From NCBI GenBank assembly GCA_014905635.1, contig JABVCE010000010.1, positions 186,001-250,000 on the forward strand: DNA of 64,000 bases. Reading direction: 5' to 3'. Shown in pieces: positions 50,301 to 60,557 of the stretch; position 1 is the stretch's first letter, and each line of letters opens with the position of its first letter. The notes below the pieces were generated by a model, which had not been told where the DNA came from, made no database searches, and saw only the letters and a list, made by a program, of their open reading frames with translations. Both the position numbers and the translations under genes were made by a program. Source of the stretch: Scenedesmus sp. PABB004 (lineage: Eukaryota).

Positions 50301-51870
50301 CCGCGCCGCGCCCTGGCGCCCTCCCTGCGCGCCGCCGCCGCGCCGCGCGCCCTCAGCGCTGCCCGCGCGCCGCGCGCCGCCCTGACCCCGCGCGCCGCGC
50401 GCCGCCCCGACGCCCGCGCGCCGCCCCGCCCCTGCGCCGCAGGCGGTGCTCAACTTTGACGCGCCGCGGAGCCTCGAGACCTACTTGCACCGCGTCGGCC
50501 GCACCGCGCGCGCGGGCGGCAGCGGCGTGGCGGTCAGCCTCATCACCGACGACGACCGGGCGCTGGTCAAGGACGTGGTCAAGCGCGGCCGCGTGGCGCT
50601 CAAGCAGCGCGTTGTGCCGGCGGCGGCGGTGGCGCGCTGGCAGGCGGCGATCGAGGCGGCCGAGCCGGACGTGCAGCGCGTGCTGGGCGAGGAGCACGAG
50701 GAGGCGGCGCTGCGCCGCGCCGAGATGGAGGCCAACAAGGCAGCGGTGCGGCACGCGCGGCACGCGCACGCGCCAGACGCACGCGGCGGGGCGGCAGGGC
50801 TGCTCTCGGCTCTTGCGGCGTGCGGCTCACTCCACTGCCGACGCCGCTCATCACCGCCGCCGCGCGTCACAAACGCGCACGCAGAACCTGCTGGAGCACG
50901 AGTCGGAGATCTTTGCCCGGCCCGCGCGCACGTGGTTTCAGACGGAGAAGCAGAAAAAGGCGCTGGCAGACGCGGCCGCCGCGGCGGCGGAGGGGCGCAC
51001 CGTGCTCGAGGACGCGGCGGGTGCGCGCCGGGGCACACGCACGGGCCGGGGCACACGCGCCGGGGCGCGCGCGTGCCCGCCAGCGCCGCGCGCTCACCCG
51101 CGCACCGCGGCGTCGCGCGCGCGGCGCGCCGCGCAGGCGCGGGCGGCAAGGCCGGCGGCGGCAAGGCGGCCAAGGCGGCGGCGAAGCAGGACAAGCGCAA
51201 CGCCAAGCTCAAGGAGCGCCGCGCGGCCGAGGCGGCGGCGGGCGGCAAGCGCGCGCCGCCGACGCTGCAGGTGCGCGGCCGCGCGCCGCCCGACCCCCGG
51301 CGGGGCCGCAGCCCCGCCTCGCAGCTCGCTCACGCCTCCGCCCTCCTCGCATCCGCCCTCCACGCGCGTGCGCGCGGCCAGGCGGAGACCGAGGCGTTCT
51401 CAGGCGTGATCAAGGGCGCCAAGCGCCGCGCGCGCGAGCTCGTGCAGCAGGGCATGACCGCCAAGGCGGCGCAGAAGGCGGCGCAGAAGGCCGCCACGGG
51501 TGCGCGCCGCGCCGCCGGCGCCGCCGAGCCGTGCAGCGGCAGGGCGCGCGGGCCGCGCGCGCGCCTGGCCCACGCCCGCCCGCGCCGCGCCGCGCGCAGG
51601 CGTGAGCGGCAAGCGGCAGACCAAGAAGCGCAAGCCCAGCGGCGACGCCGGGGCGGCGCCGGCGGCCTGTTCAGCGGCGACGGCCTGGGCAAGCCGGGCG
51701 AGCCCGGCGCGGCCGGCGCGGCGGGCGCGAAGGGCGGCGGCGGCGCCCGGGCGGGCGGCCGCGCCAAGCCGGCGGGCGGGCTGAGCAAGGCCGAGCTGGC
51801 GCGCGTGAAGCGGGGCGGCAAGGGCAAGAGCAGCTTCAAGAGCAAGGCCAAGTTCAAGCGCCGCCGCTGA
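47392..51870 (+). CDS. DDX27: DEAD-box RNA helicase DRS1/DDX27/RH28 (60S biogenesis); multi-exon
   Basis: Q motif (GYTQPTPIQ), [48 protein letters not shown] and C-terminal [14 protein letters not shown]. Two apparent single-base frameshifts in G runs. Confidence 0.93.
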
Positions 51871-51986
51871 GAGGGAGGGGGAGGCGCCTGCTCGGCGGCC
51901 GCCGGCTGGGCTGCGCTGCGCGGGCCGCCGAGAAGCGGTGCGGCGTGCGTCGCGCGCGGCGGTGCGGCGGGCTCGGTAACAAGCAG

Positions 51987-51991
51987 TTACA
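51987..51991 (-). promoter_or_regulatory. Probable TGTAA polyadenylation signal of HCP
   Basis: TTACA on +, ~485 nt downstream of the HCP stop codon on the minus strand. Confidence 0.5.
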
Positions 51992-52474
51992 CGGGGCCGC
52001 GAGTCAAACCGAGAGACGTCTAGCGCAAAAGAAGTGCAGCCGCACGCGCCTGGGGGAAACCGGCAGCGGCGCCGCGTGAGGAGATAAGCCGGGGAGTGCC
52101 AGCGGCAGTGCGTTGGTCGAGGGATGACTGCAGGCATGCGTGCAGGGAGGCAGGTCGCCGGGCCGAGCACGTCCACACAAGGCCGGTGGGGGTGCGGGCG
52201 GCCTCCGCAGCCAGAGGCACCACGCCATATGGGGCGGGGCGTTTGATTGTTCGGGGCGCGCGGTTCGTCGGCAGCGCGCGCGGGGGCCACGGATACGCAC
52301 AAAGACCGACACACCACGCAGGCGTCGCATCACATCACGCAGCGCGCGCGCGGCACACCGACCGATACCACGACACACCGTCACACCTTCAGCCGGTCAG
52401 TCGGCCTTCACCAGTCGGCCGCCATGCTGGCTCATCAGTTGCTTGAGCAGCTGATCAGTTGCTTGAGCAGCTGA

Positions 52475-52973
52475 TCAGTGCCCCTTCATCATGAGCTTCA
52501 GGTCGGCCGCCGGGTCCTCCGTGTTCGCCGGTTTGATCGCGAAGGCCTCCACCAGCTGGGTAACGGCCTCTGGGGTCAGGAAGCCCGGCAGGCGCGGGCC
52601 GAGCCTGACCGGGCGGCAGGGGAAGGGGGCGGTGTGGCGCGGGCGCGGGCGGCGGCGGGGCGGCACGGGCGCGGAGGGGCGCGGAGGGGCGCGGAGGGGC
52701 GCCGACGCCGCGGCGCGCACCTGATGTTGCGCACGCCCAGGTGGAGGAGCGTGAGGAGCACTGGCGGCGGGGGCGGGGGAGGCGAGGGGCGGGGCGCGTG
52801 AGCGCGGGGCGGCTTGTGTGCCGCCGCCGCTGCGGCGGGCGTGCGCCGCCGCGGGCGCACCCGCGACCGCCTTCTGCTCAAACCAGCTGATGTCCAGGCT
52901 GAGCGGCAGGCCTGCGGCGCGGGCGCGTCGGTCGGGGGCGCAGCCGTCGGGGACCGCGCGCGCCCCGCACACT

Positions 52974-53012
<39 letters not shown>

Positions 53013-53030
53013 CGGCGCGCGGGCGCGGGC

Positions 53031-53083
<53 letters not shown>

Positions 53084-53084
53084 C

Positions 53085-53169
<85 letters not shown>

Positions 53170-54608
53170 CGGGCGCGGGCGCGGGCGCGGGCGGCGCACC
53201 GTTGACGTCAGTGTTGAAGGCCTTGGCCAGCTCTGTGGCGACCACGAGCGCCGAGTACGCGTCGTTGCACTGCCCCATGTCCAGCAGGCGCGGCAGGCCG
53301 GTGCCGGGGAGCATGCCAAAGTCCTGGCAGCCACAGCGCGGCGGCGGCGGCGCGCGCGTCGGCCGGGCGCGCGCTGCGGCGCGGCAGGGCCCGCCGCCGC
53401 CGCCCCCCCCCCCCCACCTGGTTGAAGATGCGGAACTTGCCGCAGCCGAGCGTGAGGACCATCGTGTTTTGCGGCATCAGCCGCGCAAGACGGTCGTAGT
53501 ACTTGCGCTGCGGCTCGCTGCCGTCGCAGCTGCACGGCGGCGCGGGGGCGCGCGGACGCGGCGGCGGCGGCGGCACGGCGCGCGCGCGCGCGCGTGAGAC
53601 AGCCCGCGCGCGCGCGCGCGCTGGGAGGGCCGAGCCCAGCCCAGTCGCCTGGCTCCCGACTCTGAACAGGCACCAAGCATGACAAAACAACCAAGTCTGA
53701 CAGTCTGACAGTGCCACGCACCCGCCGATGACAAAGATGTGCTCCAGCTTGCCCGTCTTGACCGCGTCCACGACCTGCCCCGCCACGCCCAGCACCGCGT
53801 CGTGCCCAAACCCAACCGTCACGACGCCCAGCCTGTCGCGGCGCGCGCGAGGCGGGGCGCGGAGGGAGGGCAAGGAAGGGACGCGGCGGGGCGGCGGGGT
53901 GAGGGCCGGGGCCGGGATTCAGGGCCGGAACTGGCGGCTGGGCCGCGCGGGCGCTGCGCGGGCGCGGCGCGGGCGCCCCAGCGGCGCGCCTGCCCTCCTC
54001 CGCGCGCTCCTCCGCGACCTCGTCGGGGTCGGGCATGTTGTCGGGCGTGAAGCCCTCGGCCGACAGCGCGGCGGCGATGACGGGGCTGAAGTCCTTGGCG
54101 GTGCCGATGTGCGTCACGCCGGACAGGCCCGTCTGCGCGGCGCGCGGGGGCACGGCGCGCGGAGGCGTGAGCTGGGACGGCGGCAGGCGCGGCGTGGGGC
54201 GCGGGGCGCTGTGCGCTGCGCGCTGCGCGCTGCGCGCTGCGCGCTGCGCGCTGCGCGCTGCGCGCTGCGCGCTGCGCGCTGCGCGCTGCGTGCCGGCCGG
54301 GCGCGGGGCGCGCGGCGGCGCGCCTCGTTGGTGGTGAAGAGGCGGTCCTTGTAGGCCTTGGGCGGGTCCAGCACGCACTGCAGCGGCGGCGGCGGTCGCG
54401 GCAGGCGCGCGCGGGGCGTGGGCGGGTGGCGCGGCGCGGTGCGCGCGGCGCGGGAAAACAGACGCGCAGCCGCGCTGTTGCGCCCGCTCGCTGCGCCGCG
54501 CCGCACGTTGGTGGTGGCCAGCACGGCGCCGGGGAACTGGGAGAAGTCAATCTTCTGCCGGTACCACGCGCCGCCGAAGTGGCCTGCGCGGCGCGTGCGT
54601 GTTGTGTG

Positions 54609-54672
<64 letters not shown>

Positions 54673-55996
54673 TGTGTGTGTGTGCGCGCGTGCGTGCGTG
54701 TTGCTTGTGTGCGTGCGTGCGTGCGCGCGTGTGATGTGTGTGAGCGTGCTGTGAGCGCGCACAGCGGCGGGCACAGCGCGCACCGACGAGGTGCTTGTGC
54801 TTCTTCAGCTCGGGGTAGCCGTGCGCCGGCAGCATCTCGCCGTGGGTGTACACGTTGATGCCCTTTGACCCCACCGGAGGGGAGGCAGGGAGGGAGGGAA
54901 CAGGAGGAGCGGGACGGGGCGCGCGCGTTCGATGTGTGAGGAGGGGCAATGGCCGGGACGCGAGGGGGCGGGCGGGCCCCGGCGCCGGCGCGCGCGCACA
55001 GAGCCGCCGCGCTGCGCCGCCGCGCCGCGCACCTTGCCCGCCGTCTGCTCCAGCAGCAGGGACAGGTCGTGCATGTCGTGGCCCTGCGGCGCGGTCGCGG
55101 CGGCCGCGGCGGCGGCGGAGCTCAGGCCCGGCGCGCGGCACGGCGCGCCGCCGCCGCTCGCGAGCCGCTCCCGCGTCGGCTCCCCTCCCCCGCGTCCGTC
55201 TGCGCGCGGCGCGCGCGCGCGCACCGTGACCAGGATGGCCTTGCCCTCAACCGGGTCCAGCGACACAGGCGTCGGCGTGGGCGTGCCAAACCTGCGGCGC
55301 GCGGCGCGTCGGCGCAGCACCCGGCCGCTCGCGCGCGCGCTGCGCGGGCGCGGCCCGGTGCTAGTGGGTTGCGGCTGCGTGCCGCCGCATGCTCACCGCG
55401 CCTTGTGGCCGTCGGAGAGCATGGCCATCACGCCAAAGTTGGCCTCCCCGAGCGCCATGCACATGCCCAGCACCTGCGCAGAGCGTACGCGCCCTCAGCA
55501 CCGTCACGCGCGCGGCGGCGCGCGGCAGCGGAGCAGGCGGCGGCCGCGCGCGCGCGCGTTCCCCGCACCTCGCCCGGCGTCTTGGCGGCGGGGCTCGCGA
55601 GGAAGGACAGCGCGCGGTTGATGTAGGCGTAAGCGTCGCCCGACGTCTTGCCCAGCGCCTCTGCGGCGGGGGCGGGCACAGCGGCGGGGCGGCGACGTGG
55701 GCGGCGCGCTCCCGCAGCGGCCGCCGCCAGCAGCGCCGCCGGAGCCGCTGCGGCGGCAGCGGCGTGCGGGTCGCCGCGCCGCGTCGCGCGGTGGCGTGTG
55801 GGCGCCGCAGCGCGGGCGCACCGGCGTGGTGGGTGTAGGCGGCCATGCCCTTGAGGCCATAGGCCAGCATCTCCTGCAGGAGGGGGGGGGGGGGGGACGG
55901 GCGCAGGTGGGCAGCGGGGAGCGAGCCGACGGCGTCGCCGGTGCCCGGCGTCGGCGCCCAGGCGTGCGGGCTGCGCGCGCTGCGCGCGCGCGCGCG

Positions 55997-56027
<31 letters not shown>

Positions 56028-57470
56028 CCTGCAGCCCCGCCAGCGTCGCGCCGAGCGCCTCGCGGCGCGGCGCGACGCCCGCCGACTTGGCCTGGGCGCG
56101 CAGCAGCGCCATGTCGCCTGCGCCGGGGTAGTCGTACGTCTGCAGGGTAGCGGCGGGGGGGGGGGGGGGGCGGGTGAGCGCGCGGCGCCGCGGCGCCGCG
56201 GCAGGCCCCGCCGGGCGGCAGCGCGTCGCGCGGCCGCGGCTGCGCGCCATGGGGTGCGGCAGCTCGCCGCTCCAGCCGAGCTCGGCGGGGTCGGGGATGG
56301 CGGGGTCGGGCACGCCCTTGGCCTTGAGCGCGGCGCGCAGCTGCGCGCTGTAGTCGGCCGCCTGCTGCAGCATCTCGGTGAAGCGCGCCTCGTCAAAGTT
56401 GACTGCGGCGCGGGGAGAGCGGGGGCCGGGCGCCGCGGGTGGGCGCCGCGGGCGGGCGCCGCGGGCGGGCGCCGCGGGCCCGCAGCGCGGCGGCGGCGGC
56501 GCAGCGGCGCGCACCGTTGGTGAGCGTGGAGAAGGTGCTGCCAGTAATGAAGCTCTGGATGTGCTGCGGCACCGGCACGCCCGCCTCGTTGGCGAGGTGC
56601 GCCCAGCCGCCGAGGCCCTTGAGGCTGTAGATCAGCAGGTCCTGCAAGGACGGGGGCAGCGGGGGGCAGACGGGTCCGGCGCCCGCGGCCCAGGCGCCCA
56701 GGCGCGGGGGCGCGGCGCGCGCGGGCCGCGGCGGCGCCGCCGCCGCGCCTGCAGGCCCGCGACCTCGGGTGTCTTGCCGCACACGCCGACCGTGGTGCAG
56801 GCCTTGTTGTCCTGCGTCTGCTCGCACTGGTAGCAAAACATGGGCGACTCGGCGACCGCGGGCTGTGCCGCAAAGCCGCGCAGCGACGCGCCGGGCGACG
56901 CCTGCGCAGGCGAAGCAGTCGCGGCGGCCGCGGCGGCGCGCGAGTCAAGGCTGGTGCACGGCGCAAGCAAGCGCGGCGGCCGGCGGCGCGCGCGAGTCAG
57001 TCGGCGGCGCTGTGCTGGTGCGCTGCGCAAGCAAACGCGGCGGCCGGCGGCGCGCGCGAGGCGGCGGCGCTGTGCTGGTGCGCGGCGCGGCGCGGCACCC
57101 CCGGGGGCGTGCCACAGCCGCATGCGCATCGGGGCCCCGATCGGGCCCCGGCGCGCTGCCGCCGCGCAGGTGCCGCCGGCGCCGCTGCTGCTCTGGCCGC
57201 CGCCGGCCCGCAGGGGGGCGCGGCCCGATGCCGTCCGCGCCCCCAGAGCCGCACCATGACTCCCGCGCGCGACCCGGCGGGGCGCGGCGCCGCGTGCGAG
57301 CCCCGATCGCCGGCGGGGGCGGGCGCGCCGTTGCTGCCGATCGAGGAGATGCCGCGCGCGGGCGCCCGCAGGCCCAGGTTCTGCCGTGCGGCGGTCAGCG
57401 CGGGCGCGGCCGCGGCCAGGGCGGCGGCCAGCGGGCCGCACGCGCCGCTGGGGACGAGCGCGGGGAGCAT
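52475..57470 (-). CDS. HCP: Hybrid cluster protein (prismane; hydroxylamine/NO reductase) with N-terminal organellar targeting extension; ~20 exons
   Basis: MFCYQCEQT...CTTVGVCGK (ATG at 56841), [58 protein letters not shown] and LGPRLPGFL. Upstream ATG at 57470 (MLPALVPSG...RGISS); first-intron boundaries uncertain. Confidence 0.96.
52975..53195. repeat. (GCGCGG)n intronic tandem repeat in HCP
   Basis: Pure G/C hexamer array seen directly. Confidence 0.9.
54212..54290. repeat. (GCGCGCT)n intronic tandem repeat in HCP
   Basis: Heptamer array seen directly. Confidence 0.85.
54594..54742. repeat. (GCGT)n/(GT)n intronic microsatellite in HCP
   Basis: Seen directly. Confidence 0.85.
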
Positions 57471-57738
57471 GATGTCGGAGCGAGTCCCGGCGAGCGCGGG
57501 CGTGGCGCGGGCTGCGCGTGCGGCGTCGAGCGACCGGCGTGGCGCGAGTGAGGTGCCGGACGGGGCGCGACGCAGCTTTGAGGGCGCAGGCGCGCAGCCA
57601 AGGGTCCAGCACGGGACGACGACGTGCGGGGTCCACCCCACGCCGCGACGCGTGTGCTCGGCCAGGCGCAGCCCGCCACGTGTCGCCGCAGCGTGCGCGA
57701 CCCGCGGCTGGGTGACTCACCGCGCGGCGAGCAGCAGC
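57471..57738. promoter_or_regulatory. Putative bidirectional promoter between HCP and the b5/b5-reductase gene
   Basis: Only 268 bp separate the two divergent ATGs. No specific element identified. Confidence 0.55.
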
Positions 57739-60390
57739 ATGGCGGCGCTCGCGCTCGCGACCGCCGCCGCGCGGTGGGGCGGCGGCAGGTGCGGAGGGCG
57801 GGCCAGGGGCTCCGTGCGGTGGCGCGGGCGCGATCTGCCAGCGTGCGCTCACACCGCCCGCCGCCCCGCCAACCGCAGCGCGGCGGCGGCGCTGCTGCCG
57901 ACCGCGGGCGCGGCGCTCGCGCGCCTGGGCTGGCGCGGCGCCGCCGGCGGCGCCGCCGGCGGCGGCTCCCGCCAGCAGCGCCCGGCGGCGGCGGGCGGGC
58001 TCGGCGGCGGTCGGCGGCAGCTCGCGCCACTGGGCGGGCTCGCCGCCTGGGGCGCGCCCGCGGCTGCGCCCGCGCCGCTGCTGCAGCGGCGCTCGTGCGC
58101 CGCTGTGTCGAGCACCCCGTCCGCGGCCGCCGCGGCGCAGCCAGAGGCGGAGGCGACGGCGCAGGGCAGCAGCGCGGCGGAGCCGCCCGCCGCCGGGTTC
58201 GTCAACGCGGCCGCGCCGCCGCCGCCGCCGCCGCCGCCCGGCGCGGCCGCCGGCGCGCCCGCGGCCGCCGCCGGCGCGGCGGCGGCCGCCGCGGCCGCGG
58301 CGTCGTCGGTCGGCGGCGTGCTGCCCGGCGGCGCGCCGCTGGCCGAGTACACGATGCGCCAGGTCTCCAAGCATGCGAGCGACGATACCTGCTGGATCGT
58401 GGTCAACGGCAAGGTGGGGCCCGCCGCCGCCGCGGCCCGCGCCCTGCCGCCCACGCCCGCCGCGCCGCGCCGCCCGCGCCGTGCTGCTGCTGCTGACCGC
58501 GCCCCGGCCAACCCACCGCTCGCCCGCCGCCGCGCGCTGGATCAGGTCTATGACGTGACCAGCTACATCGACGACCACCCGGGCGGCAGCGAGTCGATCC
58601 TGCTCAACGCGGGCGTGGACTGCACCGAGGAGTTCATGGGCGTGCATTCGCAGGTGCGCGCGGGCGCCGGCGCGCCACCCCAGGGCGCTGGGGCGGCGCG
58701 CCGCCGGCGGCCACTGCGCGCCCGGCCCCGGCCCACGCGCGGCGCCCCGCGCGTGTGGCATTGGGTGTGTGCTGCGTGTGCTGCCTGCGCAGGAGGCCAA
58801 GGACCTGCTCAAAATGTTTGCCATCGGCACGGTGAAGCCCGGCGGCAAGAAGGCGGCGGCTCCGGCCGGCGCGGCGGCGGCGGCCGCCGCGGCGGCGCGC
58901 GCCGCCGCCGACCCCGGCGCGCCGCCCGTCGCGCTGGTGGACCCGCGGGAGCGCGTGTCGCTGCCGCTGGCGCTCAAGGCGCGGCTGAACCACGACACGT
59001 ACTTCATGCGCTTCGCGCTGCCCACCCCGGCGCACACGCTGGGGCTGCCGTGCGGGAAGCACGTCTTCCTCTGCGCAGGCGCGCGCCGCGCCGCGCAGCG
59101 CGGCGCGCAGCACGCGGCGCCGCCGCACACCGCGCAGCGCGGCGCACAGCGCGGCGCGCCGCGCGCGTGGCGCCCACGCGCGCCGCCCGCCCGCCTGCGC
59201 ATGCGCCGCGCGCCCGCAGACATCGGCGGCGAGGCCGTCGTGCGCGCGTACACGCCCGTGAGCGGCGACCGCAACGCGGGCGTGCTGGACCTCCTCATCA
59301 AGGTCTACTGGGGCTGCCCCCGCTTCCCAGAGGGCGGCAAGATGACGCAGCACCTCGCCGCGATGAAGGCGCGCGCGCGCGCGCACGCCCGCCGCGCGCG
59401 CCCGCCGCGGCGCCCGCTTGCAGCGTGCTGCGGCCCTGCATCTGCCGCCGCCGCCGCCGCGCGCGGCCGCCCCACGCCGGGCCGCGCTCGCGGCGCCGCT
59501 CGGTGGCGCGCAGGAGGGCGACACCATCGATGTCAAGGGCCCGTACGGCAAGTTCCACTACCAGGGCCGCGGCACCTACACGCTCAACAGGCACGCGGCG
59601 CCGCACTCGGCGCCGCCGTCGGCGCAGCCGGGCGGCCGCAGCAGTAGCGCAGCCGGGCGGCGGCGGCGGCGGCAACGCGCGCGGGGCGCGGCCGCTGCCG
59701 CCGCCGTGTCGCGCGCTCACGGCCGCTGCCGGTGCGCGCGGCCGCAGGGCGCCGGGCGTGGCGCGGTACCTGTCGATGGTCGCCGGCGGGAGCGGCGTGA
59801 CGCCGTGCTACGCGGTCGCGCGCGAGGCGCTGGCCGACCCCGCTGACGGCACGCGGCTGGCGCTCATCTACGCCAACAAGCACGAGGAGGACATCTGGCT
59901 CCGCGACGTGCGGCGCCGCTGCCCCGCAGGGCGCAGCGCGGGCGCAGCCGGCGCTGCCGCGCGCGCGCAGCGCGGCGAGCCGCGCCGGCCGACCGCCGCC
60001 GGCCCGCACACCGCGCCGCCGGCGCGCGCGCAGGAGCTGGACGCGCTCGCGGCGGCGCACCCGGACCGCTTCCACGTCTGGTACGTGGTGGAGGAGCCCG
60101 GCACGCCGCCGACCCCGTACGCAGGGCAGCAGCAGCCGGCGCAGCAGGCGGCGGCGGCGGCGGCGGCGGCACTGGGGCAGCAGCAGCAGCGGCCGGGCCC
60201 CTGGCAGTTCAGCCGCGGCTTCATCACGCCCGACATGATGGCGCAGCACCTGCTGCCGCCGCGGCCCGTCGGCGGCGACCCGGGCGGGGCGCTGGCGCTG
60301 ATGTGCGGCCCGCCGGGCATGCTCGAGGGTGTCGTCGTGCCCGGCTTCACCGCGCTGGGGTACGCGCCGGAGCAGATGGTCGTGTTTTGA
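57739..60390 (+). CDS. Cytochrome b5 + FAD/NAD(P)H cytochrome b5 reductase fusion, nitrate-reductase diaphorase-like, lacking Moco and dimerisation domains; 8 exons
   Basis: Exons 57739-57788, 57879-58413, 58546-58653, 58793-59078, 59220-59368, 59514-59590, 59748-59907, 60034-60390. Motifs CWIVVNGKVYDVT, HPGG, NAGVDCTEEFMGVHS, LGLPCGKHVFL, RAYTP, GGKMTQHL, KGPYG, AGGSGVTP, YANKHEEDI, CGPPGM. Confidence 0.92.
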   Translation: MAALALATAAARWGGGRCGGRARGSVRWRGRDLPACAHTARRPANRSAAAALLPTAGAALARLGWRGAAGGAAGGGSRQQRPAAAGGLGGGRRQLAPLGGLAAWGAPAAAPAPLLQRRSCAAVSSTPSAAAAAQPEAEATAQGSSAAEPPAAGFVNAAAPPPPPPPPGAAAGAPAAAAGAAAAAAAAASSVGGVLPGGAPLAEYTMRQVSKHASDDTCWIVVNGKVGPAAAAARALPPTPAAPRRPRRAAAADRAPANPPLARRRALDQVYDVTSYIDDHPGGSESILLNAGVDCTEEFMGVHSQVRAGAGAPPQGAGAARRRRPLRARPRPTRGAPRVWHWVCAACAACAGGQGPAQNVCHRHGEARRQEGGGSGRRGGGGRRGGARRRRPRRAARRAGGPAGARVAAAGAQGAAEPRHVLHALRAAHPGAHAGAAVREARLPLRRRAPRRAARRAARGAAAHRAARRTARRAARVAPTRAARPPAHAPRARRHRRRGRRARVHARERRPQRGRAGPPHQGLLGLPPLPRGRQDDAAPRRDEGARARARPPRAPAAAPACSVLRPCICRRRRRARPPHAGPRSRRRSVARRRATPSMSRARTASSTTRAAAPTRSTGTRRRTRRRRRRSRAAAAVAQPGGGGGGNARGARPLPPPCRALTAAAGARGRRAPGVARYLSMVAGGSGVTPCYAVAREALADPADGTRLALIYANKHEEDIWLRDVRRRCPAGRSAGAAGAAARAQRGEPRRPTAAGPHTAPPARAQELDALAAAHPDRFHVWYVVEEPGTPPTPYAGQQQPAQQAAAAAAAALGQQQQRPGPWQFSRGFITPDMMAQHLLPPRPVGGDPGGALALMCGPPGMLEGVVVPGFTALGYAPEQMVVF

Positions 60391-60557
60391 CGGGGCGCGC
60401 GGTGCGGCGAGCGCGGCGAGCAGCATGGCGCCCCCGCGTCGCGGTCAACGTTGAACCGGCGCGGCGGTCAACCGGCCGTGTCCAGGCAGCCCCCCCCCCC
60501 CACGCTGCCCGCGATCACTCCCGACGCCCCCTCGCGCTCCGCGTGCAGTCGCTCGCA

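Noticed and set aside
57109..60390. 1093-aa ORF as a full-length nitrate reductase
   Set aside because: No Moco-domain motifs; the ORF reads through introns and overlaps HCP exon 1.
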